DNA of 22,696 nt, taken from NCBI GenBank assembly GCA_024405635.1, contig JAKSOL010000029.1, forward strand, positions 1 to 22,696, in the 5' to 3' direction. The translations under genes and the position numbers were made by a program. Each line of letters starts with the position of its first letter. Position 1 is the stretch's first letter. Below are positions 9,649 to 18,559 of this stretch, one piece after another. Origin of the DNA: Salinivirgaceae bacterium (GTDB lineage Bacteria > Bacteroidota > Bacteroidia > Bacteroidales > SZUA-534). The notes beneath the pieces are model-generated. The model did no database searches, was not told the DNA's origin, and saw only the letters and a program-made list of their open reading frames with translations.

Positions 9649-9656
9649 TACTTTTG
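9649..9656 (+). promoter_or_regulatory. -7 element (TACTTTTG) for DUF1846 gene
   Basis: Exact TAnnTTTG with TTG 19 nt upstream; lies 26 nt before the ATG. Confidence 0.7.
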
Positions 9657-9682
9657 TCCGTATTAAAAGAAATGTAAAAATT

Positions 9683-11167
9683 ATGGTGAAAATAGGGTAC
9701 GACAACGACGCTTATCTGCGCACACAATCGGAAAAAATACAGGAACGTATTAGCAAATTTGGCGGTAAACTATACTTGGAGTTTGGCGGTAAATTGTTTG
9801 ACGACCACCACGCATCGCGTGTGTTGCCTGGTTTTGAGCCCGATAGTAAAATTCGCATGCTTGAAAAACTGAAAGACCAAGCCGAGGTTGTGATTGCCAT
9901 TAATGCCAACGACATTGAAAAAAACAAAGTTCGTGGCGACTTGGGCATTACCTACGATATGGATGTGCTACGTTTAATTGATGCTTTTCGCGGCTACGGC
10001 TTGTATGTGAGCAGCGTGGTACTTACCCGTTTTCAAGGTCAAGCAAGTGCCATTGCTTACCAAAACAAATTGGAAAAACTAGGTTTAAAGGTTTATCGCC
10101 ACTATCCAATTGAAGGTTATCCAAGCAACATTCCGTTGATTGTGAGCGACGATGGTTACGGCAAAAACGAGTACGTTGAAACAACACGCTCGCTTGTTGT
10201 GGTAACAGCACCTGGTCCAGGTAGCGGCAAAATGGCTGTTTGCTTGTCGCAACTATACCACGATAACAAACGCGGAATTAAAGCAGGTTACGCCAAATTT
10301 GAAACTTTCCCTATTTGGAACATAGCGCTTAAACATCCGGTTAACCTTGCATACGAGGCCGCAACAGCCGACCTTAACGACGTGAACATGATAGACCCAT
10401 TCCACTTGGAGGCCTATGGCAAAACAACCATAAACTACAACCGCGATGTTGAGATTTTCCCTGTGTTGAATGCCATTTTCCAACGTATTATGGGCGAATC
10501 GCCATACAAATCGCCAACCGATATGGGCGTTAACATGGCTGGCAACTGCATTATTGACGACGAGGCCGTTTGCGCAGCTGCTCGCCAAGAAATAGTGCGC
10601 CGCTACTACAACACTAAATGCCAAGTGCGCAAAGGCAATGCCGAACCCGATCAGGTTTACAAAATTGAGTTGTTGATGGAGCAAGCTCATGTTAGCATAG
10701 CTGACCGTCCTGTGGTTGAAGCTGCATTAAACAAAGCTGAACAAACCGATGGCCCAGCTGTGGCAATTGAGTTGCCCGATGGTTGCATTGTAACTGGCAA
10801 AACAACCAAATTACTAGGTGCATGCTCAACCATGTTGCTCAATGCTCTTAAACATTTGGCTGGCATTTCAGACGATGTTAACCTATTGTCGCCAATGATT
10901 ATTGAACCTATACAAAACCTTAAAACCGGCTCTCTTGGTCATGCAAATCCACGTTTGCACATGGACGAGGTGCTTGAGGCTCTATCGATTTGTGCTTTAA
11001 CCGACTACAACGCAAAAATTGCACTTGAAAAATTACCATTGCTCAAGCATTGTGAGGTTCATGCTAGCGTTATTCTTGCTCAAGTTGATTTGGATATTTT
11101 CCGTCGCTTGGGAGTTAATCTTACAATGGAGCCCGTTTATCAAACCAAAAAACTATATCACGGATAA
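9683..11167 (+). CDS. DUF1846 / UPF0371 family protein
   Basis: KLYLEFGGKLFDDHHASRVLPGF, VTAPGPGSGKMA, YAKFETFPIWN, YEAATADL, NYNRDVEIFP and YKSPTDMGVN. Confidence 0.93.
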   Translation: MVKIGYDNDAYLRTQSEKIQERISKFGGKLYLEFGGKLFDDHHASRVLPGFEPDSKIRMLEKLKDQAEVVIAINANDIEKNKVRGDLGITYDMDVLRLIDAFRGYGLYVSSVVLTRFQGQASAIAYQNKLEKLGLKVYRHYPIEGYPSNIPLIVSDDGYGKNEYVETTRSLVVVTAPGPGSGKMAVCLSQLYHDNKRGIKAGYAKFETFPIWNIALKHPVNLAYEAATADLNDVNMIDPFHLEAYGKTTINYNRDVEIFPVLNAIFQRIMGESPYKSPTDMGVNMAGNCIIDDEAVCAAARQEIVRRYYNTKCQVRKGNAEPDQVYKIELLMEQAHVSIADRPVVEAALNKAEQTDGPAVAIELPDGCIVTGKTTKLLGACSTMLLNALKHLAGISDDVNLLSPMIIEPIQNLKTGSLGHANPRLHMDEVLEALSICALTDYNAKIALEKLPLLKHCEVHASVILAQVDLDIFRRLGVNLTMEPVYQTKKLYHG

Positions 11168-11192
11168 GTTTATTATTCAGAATAAAAATTAC

Positions 11193-11235
11193 AAATGGCT
11201 GGTTGCAATTATTTGTTAATCAGCCATTTTTATTT
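11193..11235 (+). terminator. Intrinsic terminator after DUF1846
   Basis: AAATGGCTGGTT...AATCAGCCATTT stem followed by a T-rich tract. Confidence 0.75.
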
Positions 11236-11350
11236 GGCATCGGTATAAAAAACACAGTTACCATTGTGCCAACTAAAACCACAAGTATTGCCAACAAAAA
11301 ACAACGGTTCCTTTATAAAAAACAAGTAGCCAAAAAATCGTTACGAATAC

Positions 11351-11358
11351 TAACTTTG
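11351..11358 (+). promoter_or_regulatory. -7 element (TAACTTTG) for PBP1A operon
   Basis: Exact TAnnTTTG 25 nt upstream of the ATG at 11384. Confidence 0.7.
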
Positions 11359-11383
11359 CAACATATCTTAAATTAACGTAAGT

Positions 11384-13747
11384 ATGTCTTTATCAATATC
11401 GAAAAAAACACAGTGGAAAGTTATTCTTTGGGCAGTAGTAGTACTTCCAGTTCTTTTTGCTGTTATATTGTTCTATAACATTTGGGTAGGAAACCTTGGA
11501 TTTATGCCATCGTTTGACGAGCTTGAAAATCCAGCAAGCAATTTGGCATCGTGTGTATATTCTGAAGATGGCGTTTTGCTAGGAACATACTTTAAAGAAA
11601 ACCGATCAAACGGAACATACGACGAATTGTCGCCGTACTTAATTGATGCGTTAGTTTCAACCGAAGATAAACGCTTTTATGCGCACTCGGGAGTCGATTT
11701 TCCTGGCCTTGCGCGTGTGTTGTTTAAAACCATTTTGTCGGGCAACAAAAGTTCGGGCGGTGGCAGTACCATTACCCAACAGTTGGCCAAAATGCTTTTC
11801 CCACGCGAGCGATTAAACAACCCACTTCAAATGGCAAACCGCAAATTCCGCGAGTGGGTTATTGCCATAAAACTTGAACGTAGCTACACAAAAGAAGAGA
11901 TAATAACAATGTATCTCAACCAGTTCGATTTTTTGAACTTGGCAGTGGGAATAAAATCGGCAGCAAAAGTTTACTTTAACACATCGCCACAAAACCTACG
12001 AGTAGAGCAAGCTGCAATGTTAGTTGGAATGGCAAAAAACCCAGCTTATTTCAATCCAATTCGTCGCCCTGAAACAACTCAAGAGCGCCGCAATGTGGTG
12101 CTTTTTCAAATGTACAAGAACAACTGCTTGACACGCGAGCAATTCGATTCGTTAAAAGTTCTGCCACTTGGTCTCGATTTTCACAAAGTGGACCACAAAG
12201 AGGGCGATGCAACTTACTTCCGCGAATTTTTGCGCGTGTTTATGAACGCCGAAAAACCAAATCGAAAGGACTACAGTTCGCGTGCTCAATATCGCGAGGA
12301 CTCAATAGAGTGGCAAACCAATCCACTTTATGGTTGGTGCAACCGCAACTTTAAACCCGACGGCACTCCTTATAACATTTACAAAGATGGTTTGCGAATA
12401 GTTACAGCCGTTAACTCAAAAATGCAAAAGTATGCCGAACTAGCCGTTCGCGACCACTTGGAAAACGACCTTCAGCGCGCTTTTGATGCTGAAAAAAGAG
12501 GGCAAGCAACTGCACCATTCTCTGAAGATTTAACACCAGAAGAGGTTAAAAATATTCTTAACCTATCAATGAAACGAAGCGAACGCTATCGCGTGCTAAA
12601 GAAAAAAGGCTTGTCGATGGACGAGATAGTGAAAAACTTTAACACTAAAACTGAAATGACCGTGTTCAGTTGGAAAGGCGACCGCGACACCTTGATGACT
12701 CCAATGGACTCGATGATTTACTACAAACACTTTTTGCAATCGGGTATTATGGCAATGGACCCACACAGCGGCAACGTAAAAGCATACGTGGGTGGTATCA
12801 ACTATCGCCATTTTCAATACGACCACGTAACCAAGGCAAAACGTCAAATAGGTTCAACCTTTAAACCATTCCTTTACACATTGGCAATGATGGACGGTTT
12901 TTCGCCATGCGACCGTGTGCTTAATGTGCCTATTACCATAACCATTCCTGAAACAGGTGTGGTTTGGACACCAAAAACAGGTAGTCGCGACGAATGGGCA
13001 GGTCGCGAGGTGTCGTTACAATTTGGTTTGGCACAGTCGCTTAACAACATTTCGGTTTGGTTAATGAATCGTTTCAAACCAAAAGCTGTTATTCAAATTG
13101 CACATAACTTGGGCATTAAGAGCGACATTCCAGAAGTGCCTGCCATTGCGCTTGGTGTAGCCGACCTTACACTTTGCGAAATGGTGAGCGCATATAGTTG
13201 CTATGCCAACAAAGGTGTTTACACGCAACCTATTTTTGTTACTCGCATCGAAGATAAAAACGGCAACGTGCTTGCATCGTTCACTCCTGAAAAACGCGAG
13301 GCCATTAGCGAACGTACTGCTTATCTGATGCTTACCCTTATGCAAGGCGTTTATCGTCGCGGAACTAGTACACGTTTGTGGCGCGACGACTATCCATACC
13401 ACATTAAAGCTAGCGTGGCTGCTAAAACTGGTACCACCAACAACCAATCAGACGGTTGGTTTATGGGCATTACTCCAAGTTTGGTAGCTGGCGTTTGGAC
13501 TGGAGCCGAAGAACGCAGCATTCACTTCAACTCGTTGCGTTTGGGACAAGGTGCCAACACTGCACTTCCTATTTGGGGCAAGTTTATGCGTATGGTTTAT
13601 GACGATAAGTCGCTTGGATATTCAGAAGATGAGCAGTTTGAAAAACCTGCCGACTTTAACGAAACATTCAATTGCCCCGACTTTGACGATCCTAAAAACA
13701 CCGAGGAGCATTTGAACGAAGACGAGATGAACGAACTTTACATGTAG
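11384..13747 (+). CDS. mrcA: Class A penicillin-binding protein (PBP1A family; GT51 transglycosylase + transpeptidase)
   Basis: N-terminal TM anchor; GT51 motifs EDKRFYAHSGVD, GGSTITQQLAK, RKFRE and KEEIITMYLN; transpeptidase motifs STFK, SLN and KTGT. Confidence 0.95.
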   Translation: MSLSISKKTQWKVILWAVVVLPVLFAVILFYNIWVGNLGFMPSFDELENPASNLASCVYSEDGVLLGTYFKENRSNGTYDELSPYLIDALVSTEDKRFYAHSGVDFPGLARVLFKTILSGNKSSGGGSTITQQLAKMLFPRERLNNPLQMANRKFREWVIAIKLERSYTKEEIITMYLNQFDFLNLAVGIKSAAKVYFNTSPQNLRVEQAAMLVGMAKNPAYFNPIRRPETTQERRNVVLFQMYKNNCLTREQFDSLKVLPLGLDFHKVDHKEGDATYFREFLRVFMNAEKPNRKDYSSRAQYREDSIEWQTNPLYGWCNRNFKPDGTPYNIYKDGLRIVTAVNSKMQKYAELAVRDHLENDLQRAFDAEKRGQATAPFSEDLTPEEVKNILNLSMKRSERYRVLKKKGLSMDEIVKNFNTKTEMTVFSWKGDRDTLMTPMDSMIYYKHFLQSGIMAMDPHSGNVKAYVGGINYRHFQYDHVTKAKRQIGSTFKPFLYTLAMMDGFSPCDRVLNVPITITIPETGVVWTPKTGSRDEWAGREVSLQFGLAQSLNNISVWLMNRFKPKAVIQIAHNLGIKSDIPEVPAIALGVADLTLCEMVSAYSCYANKGVYTQPIFVTRIEDKNGNVLASFTPEKREAISERTAYLMLTLMQGVYRRGTSTRLWRDDYPYHIKASVAAKTGTTNNQSDGWFMGITPSLVAGVWTGAEERSIHFNSLRLGQGANTALPIWGKFMRMVYDDKSLGYSEDEQFEKPADFNETFNCPDFDDPKNTEEHLNEDEMNELYM

Positions 13748-13750
13748 GCA

Positions 13751-16477
13751 ATGAAAAAAGGTATAATAATAATTGTTGCCGTTATTGTTGTAATTCTGTC
13801 GTTAGGAGGATTTTACGCATATTTAAAAGGGCAACAAAACCGCAACATCACATCAATTGTTGCTGTGCCAGTTAATGCCGCCGCCATTATCGACATAAAA
13901 GACACCAAAGCAATTACAACCAAGTTGTTGCAAGGTAATTCGGTTTATGCCGACATTGCAACTATGTGCGACTCGGCAGGCTTTATTTCGTTTATTTCAG
14001 TTTTCGACTCGTTGCTACGCGATGCCGATTTTTACGAAAACTTAAAACTTGAAAAACCAATAATATCTTTTCACGATAACACAGGAGTAAACAAATATAA
14101 CTTGTTGGTATCATGTGCTTTTGCAGCAAACAATCAAGGAAAAAAAGTTGAGGAATACATTTGCAACTATTTGCAAAAACAAGGTTCGGTAGCTGAAACA
14201 AAGTACAACCAAGCAAGAGTATTCACATTTAGCAAAACCGCTGGCTCAAAAGCTCAGTTGCTATTTACTTTTTACAAAGGATTCTTTTTGCTATCAACCC
14301 ACGATTTGCTACTACAAGATGCCATTCGCCAAACCGAAAGCACTTACAACCTTACCATGTCGCCAGAGTTTCAGCAGGTTATGCGTTGGGGCGGCAAACA
14401 TGTTGATGTTAATGTTTACTTGCAGTTAAAGTATTTTAACCAATTCATTCAAAGACAGTTTACAAATGGTTTGTTTAGCGATATGGCCATTCAAACTTTT
14501 GCCGACTGGGCTTGTTTTGACATTAGTATAAAAAAAGACACATGGCTTGTCAATGGCTTTACTCTCGATGGTTCTACCAACGCACAGTGGGCTCAACTAT
14601 TTGATGGACAAGAAACAGTATCGACTGAGTTGACAAAGAAAATTCCACTTGGAGTGAGTCGTTTTTCGTGGTATGGGTTAAGTAATCTTAACCGCTACTT
14701 TACCAACTTAGCCAACTATATGGATAACATGGGGCAACGCAAAAGGTTTGATACCAATCGCGACCAGGTAGTGAACCACTATGGCGATAATTTGTTCAGC
14801 TTGGTTGAGCAGAACTTTGGTGGTGCAATGGTTTTGTTTACAATGGCCGATGGAGCAAATGTGTTTGTTCTTTCAACCAAAGGCAGGTTTGAGGCAAAAC
14901 AAATTGTTGATGCTTTGACCGAACAACAACCCGATGCTCCGCAAGTGTTTACTATTGACAAAGACACAAAGTTCAACATTCACAAAATGACACTAACCAA
15001 GTTGCCTGTGCGTATGTTTGGTCCTTGGTTTGGAAAATGTGTGGCACGCTATGTTACAACAGTTGATAATATGGTGGTTTTTGCCGACACATATTCGGCA
15101 GCATCGCGTTTCATTTACGACAATGTGTTGCAAAAAAGCCTTTGTTTCGACCCCGATTACGTTAGGTTTGAAAACTATATGACAAGCCGAGCAAACTTTT
15201 ATCAGTTTGTGTCGCTTACTAACTCTGAACATCAAATGGATTCGGTATTGTCAAAAAGCAATGCTGATTTTTATAAGCGCAACCTTGATAAAATAAGCAA
15301 ACTATATGGATTGGCTTGGCAATTTTCGGCCGAAAATGGCTTGTTCTACCACAATAGTATTTTACGCCATCAGCCAGCCACATCATCGTTGGCTACAACA
15401 TTGTGGGAAACGCATCTCGATACACTTGCAGCCTTTAAGCCTGCGCTTATGACCAACCACAACACTGGCGAAAAAGAAATTTTTGTTCAGGATTTGCAAA
15501 ACAACATCTACCTAATTAACTCAGCTGGACGCATCATTTGGAAAAAACGCATTGCTGCACCAATCATAGGCACTGTTCACCAAGTTGATTTTTACAAAAA
15601 CGGAAAGTTGCAATACTTGTTTAACACAGGTAACCAAATTTATTTGATTGACCGCAATGGCAATAATGTTGATCATTATCCAATTGAGTTACCAAGTCCA
15701 ACAAGGTTACCTTTGGCGTTGTTTGATTACAGCAACTCGCGCGACTATCGTATTTTTATCACTTGCATCAATCGCAGTGTGTTGCTTTATAACATTAGTG
15801 GCCGCACTATTCCCGATTTTACTTTTAAAGAGGCTAACCAAACTCCAATATCGCCAGTTCAGCATTTTGTCGATAATGGAAAAGATTACATTGCTATTAC
15901 CGATTCGTCGCGCATCTATTTGCTCGACCGCAAAGGAAATATGCGCCTTGAGTATAAAGAACATGTTTGGCCATCGGTAAACAACCAACTAAAATATTTG
16001 CCTGCTATTGGCAATCAGCAGTCGGCTTTGGTTAGAACAACTAACTCTGGCGAAATTTGTTTCTTGCACTTCGATGGAACAATTGAGCGCAAAAACGTGG
16101 GCAAGTTTGGAACAAACCACTACTTTGATTTGGAAGATATTTGTGGCGACCGACGACCAGAGATGATTTTTGCCGATAGCAATAAAGTACAAGTATTTAC
16201 ACTTGAGGGCAAAGAGATTTTTAGCCGTACGTTTGACGAACCAGTTTTGCAACCAGCCTTTTATCGTTTAACCGACAAGCAAGTTGCCATTGGCATAACT
16301 GAGGCAAACTCGGCAAGCATTTCGCTAATTGACGAAAAAGGTAAAACATTAAAAGGTTTTCCGTTGATAGGCAAAACTCGATTCAGCATTGGAATGTTGC
16401 AAAAAAATCAAGCGTATTATAACCTTGTGGTTGGTGGCAACGACCAATATTTGTTCAATTACAAGATTAACAAATGA
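13751..16477 (+). CDS. Large membrane-anchored hypothetical protein (DUF3352-like N-terminal part; probable C-terminal beta-propeller)
   Basis: 908-aa ORF with an N-terminal TM helix. The C-terminal third has repeated beta-blade/FG-GAP-like segments (VDFYKNGKLQY, FDYSNSRDYRI, EDICGDRRPE, IYLIDRNG, IYLLDRKG). Confidence 0.7.
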   Translation: MKKGIIIIVAVIVVILSLGGFYAYLKGQQNRNITSIVAVPVNAAAIIDIKDTKAITTKLLQGNSVYADIATMCDSAGFISFISVFDSLLRDADFYENLKLEKPIISFHDNTGVNKYNLLVSCAFAANNQGKKVEEYICNYLQKQGSVAETKYNQARVFTFSKTAGSKAQLLFTFYKGFFLLSTHDLLLQDAIRQTESTYNLTMSPEFQQVMRWGGKHVDVNVYLQLKYFNQFIQRQFTNGLFSDMAIQTFADWACFDISIKKDTWLVNGFTLDGSTNAQWAQLFDGQETVSTELTKKIPLGVSRFSWYGLSNLNRYFTNLANYMDNMGQRKRFDTNRDQVVNHYGDNLFSLVEQNFGGAMVLFTMADGANVFVLSTKGRFEAKQIVDALTEQQPDAPQVFTIDKDTKFNIHKMTLTKLPVRMFGPWFGKCVARYVTTVDNMVVFADTYSAASRFIYDNVLQKSLCFDPDYVRFENYMTSRANFYQFVSLTNSEHQMDSVLSKSNADFYKRNLDKISKLYGLAWQFSAENGLFYHNSILRHQPATSSLATTLWETHLDTLAAFKPALMTNHNTGEKEIFVQDLQNNIYLINSAGRIIWKKRIAAPIIGTVHQVDFYKNGKLQYLFNTGNQIYLIDRNGNNVDHYPIELPSPTRLPLALFDYSNSRDYRIFITCINRSVLLYNISGRTIPDFTFKEANQTPISPVQHFVDNGKDYIAITDSSRIYLLDRKGNMRLEYKEHVWPSVNNQLKYLPAIGNQQSALVRTTNSGEICFLHFDGTIERKNVGKFGTNHYFDLEDICGDRRPEMIFADSNKVQVFTLEGKEIFSRTFDEPVLQPAFYRLTDKQVAIGITEANSASISLIDEKGKTLKGFPLIGKTRFSIGMLQKNQAYYNLVVGGNDQYLFNYKINK

Positions 16478-17028
16478 CATTAACTATTCTATTTATTGCC
16501 TGTGTGTTAGCAACGGCAGTCGATTTGGCATCGGTGGCATTGGTGTCGGCCTTTATTTATCAAAAACCAACTGTGTGGCAAGTGGTTAAAACCATTGCAG
16601 TGCCTTTGGTTGTTTGCACAGTCACTATTTTTCTTGGTCTTACGTTTGGCAACTATTTAACAGGAATAGTTAAACAAGCCGAATGCAACTGGATAGCATC
16701 GAGTTTGTTTTTCATGTTAGCATTAAAAATGGCATACGATGCACTTAAGCTATCGCCACTAAAACAAACCATTAATCCAACTTCGGTGGTGGGCTTGTTG
16801 GTTTTAGCAGTGTTTGCCGGAGTAAATGCTTTTTTCTATTCAACCGCTTTTGGTTTGTTGGTACAACAGCAGTCAATACTTAATGTGGCCTATGTTTTGG
16901 TTTTAGCCCTAATTATAGGTTGCATTGTAGGCTTGCGCGCCAAACGATTATATCGCTTGTATGCCGAGTGGATTTTGGCTTTTGTGTCGGTTGTTACGGC
17001 TCTTGTGCTAATTGTAGGAGGATATTAA
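16474..17028 (+). CDS. MntP-like (manganese efflux, LysE superfamily) membrane protein, divergent
   Basis: 184 aa, about 6 TM in two halves; TAVDLASVA, LGLTFG, WIASSLFFMLALKM and AE-x-I near the C-terminus. ATGA overlap with the upstream gene. Confidence 0.6.
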   Translation: MTLTILFIACVLATAVDLASVALVSAFIYQKPTVWQVVKTIAVPLVVCTVTIFLGLTFGNYLTGIVKQAECNWIASSLFFMLALKMAYDALKLSPLKQTINPTSVVGLLVLAVFAGVNAFFYSTAFGLLVQQQSILNVAYVLVLALIIGCIVGLRAKRLYRLYAEWILAFVSVVTALVLIVGGY

Positions 17029-17038
17029 AAACCCAACT

Positions 17039-17632
17039 ATGGCTGAGCGTCGCATTTTAGGCATCGACCCTGGTACTAACGTAATGGGTTATGGTATTAT
17101 CAGCATTGAAAACCGCACCCCAAAACTTATTGCAATGGGCGCAATGCAAATGCCTAAAGATGTTGACGGATATCAAAAACTAGCTAAAATTTATCAGCGA
17201 GTAAATGCTCTTATAATTGACCATCATGCAACCGAGTTTGCCATTGAAGCACCTTTTTTGGGAAAAAACGTGCAGTCGATGCTGAAACTAGGACGAGCTC
17301 AAGGAGTTGCTATAGCTGCTGCCATTGCTCACAACTTGCCAGTAACCGAGTATGCTCCACAAAAAATAAAACAAGCCATTACGGGCAAAACTTCGGCTCC
17401 AAAAGAGCAAGTAGCTTTAATTTTGCAACGCATTTTTAACTACGAGTCTCAGCCACAAAAACTCGATGCTACCGATGCCTTGGCTGTTGCGCTTTGTCAT
17501 TTTTTTCAAGACAGGCTTATTCCCGAGGCTCCAAAGCAAAAATCAACCATATCGAAAAAAATTAAATCGGCAGCGGCAAGTAAAAATTCGTGGAGCGATT
17601 TTGTTAAAAACAACCCAGGACGGGTTTTGTAA
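17039..17632 (+). CDS. ruvC: Holliday junction resolvase RuvC
   Basis: ILGIDPGT, AIEAPF, LGRAQGV, EYAP and DATDALAVA, plus the Bacteroidota-type tail SWSDFVKNNP. Confidence 0.97.
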   Translation: MAERRILGIDPGTNVMGYGIISIENRTPKLIAMGAMQMPKDVDGYQKLAKIYQRVNALIIDHHATEFAIEAPFLGKNVQSMLKLGRAQGVAIAAAIAHNLPVTEYAPQKIKQAITGKTSAPKEQVALILQRIFNYESQPQKLDATDALAVALCHFFQDRLIPEAPKQKSTISKKIKSAAASKNSWSDFVKNNPGRVL

Positions 17633-17636
17633 GCGG

Positions 17637-18089
17637 CTACTCCAATTCGCCAAACGTGGGAATGGTTTCAAGAAAAACAAGACGTTTGTTTTCAGTATCA
17701 ACCTTGCAACAATAGTGAGTTAATCCGTTGGTAACCAACAAGTAACTAACGCCAAGACGAATATTGTAAACAGCAATTTGGTCAAATGTTTTTTGAGTAA
17801 TACTAACGCTAGTTGCCTTGCACTCTACAATCATAAGTGGTTGAGCGTTACGATTGTAAACCACAATATCGCAACGTTTTTTGGTACCGTTAACCTCAAT
17901 TTGTTGCTCGGTGGCAAGCAACCCAAGCGGATAACCAAGCGACAGCACAAGGTGCTGCACAATGTTTTGCCGCACCCACTCTTCGGGTGTTAGCGCAACG
18001 TGTGTTTTTCGAATTGGATCAAACACAGTTCGCTTTTGAGCGTTAATGCTTATATGTGCCGAATAGTCGGGCAAATTGAGTGGTTGCAT
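17637..18089 (-). CDS. Stand-alone type I restriction enzyme HsdR N-terminal domain protein (PD-(D/E)xK nuclease fold)
   Basis: LNLP, TPEEWVRQ, RCDIVVY, IVECKA, QIAVY (QxxxY) and TNG. Start set at ATG 18089 (MQPLNLP). Confidence 0.88.
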   Translation of the reverse strand: MQPLNLPDYSAHISINAQKRTVFDPIRKTHVALTPEEWVRQNIVQHLVLSLGYPLGLLATEQQIEVNGTKKRCDIVVYNRNAQPLMIVECKATSVSITQKTFDQIAVYNIRLGVSYLLVTNGLTHYCCKVDTENKRLVFLETIPTFGELE

Positions 18090-18094
18090 AGGCA

Positions 18095-18102
18095 CAAAGG
18101 TA
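18095..18102 (-). promoter_or_regulatory. -7 element (TACCTTTG) for HsdR-N gene
   Basis: Exact TAnnTTTG ending 5 nt before the ATG. Confidence 0.65.
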
Positions 18103-18178
18103 AACATTAGTGCAAAAAGCCAACATTGTAACTGCATAAGCAATGCCGATGACCTTCGGCTGATAACGAAAAACGGAT

Positions 18179-18186
18179 TACCTTTG
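18179..18186 (+). promoter_or_regulatory. -7 element (TACCTTTG) for rbfA operon
   Basis: Exact TAnnTTTG 18 nt before the ATG at 18205. Confidence 0.7.
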
Positions 18187-18204
18187 CACAAAAACAATAT
18201 AGAT

Positions 18205-18549
18205 ATGGAAACAGCAACACCCCGCCAAAACAAAGTGGCACGACTAATACAAAAAGACTTGGCCGAAATGCTGCAGGTTTATGCCCGCAGTTGGTTCCAA
18301 GGTTCGTTAATCACAGTAACCATTGTACGCATTAGTCCCGACTTGTCGGTTGCAAAAGTTTACTTGAGCATTTTTCCCGACAGCAAAAAAGACGAGATAA
18401 TGAAAACCATTCAGGCTCATAACAAAGAGATTCGTTTTCAACTTGGCCAACGCATTGGCAAACAAGTGCGCATCATTCCCGAGTTGATTTTCAACGTTGA
18501 CGACTCGCTTGAGTATCTTGAAAACATTGAAAACTTGCTGAAAAAATAG
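18205..18549 (+). CDS. rbfA: 30S ribosome-binding factor A
   Basis: RQNKVARLIQKDL, ITVTIVRISPDLSVAKVYLS and RIIPELIFNVDDSL. True start is the ATG at 18205. Confidence 0.96.
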   Translation: METATPRQNKVARLIQKDLAEMLQVYARSWFQGSLITVTIVRISPDLSVAKVYLSIFPDSKKDEIMKTIQAHNKEIRFQLGQRIGKQVRIIPELIFNVDDSLEYLENIENLLKK

Positions 18550-18559
18550 CGTAGCGCAC

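Noticed and set aside
9313-9682. Possible preQ1 or other riboswitch, or sRNA, in the PTPS/DUF1846 spacer
   Set aside because: No preQ1 consensus is visible, the predicted promoters leave leaders too short for a riboswitch, and only weak hairpins and a short near-palindrome (CGTAAAATTACG, 9596-9607) are present.
17039-18089. ruvC + HsdR-N as a defence or Cas/TnpB-like system
   Set aside because: RuvC is the canonical resolvase, the genes are convergent, and there is no methylase, array or guide-like RNA.
18076-18233. Apparent overlap between extended rbfA (18076) and HsdR-N (18233) ORFs
   Set aside because: Both extensions span the divergent promoter region. Family-like sequence begins at 18205 and 18089 respectively.
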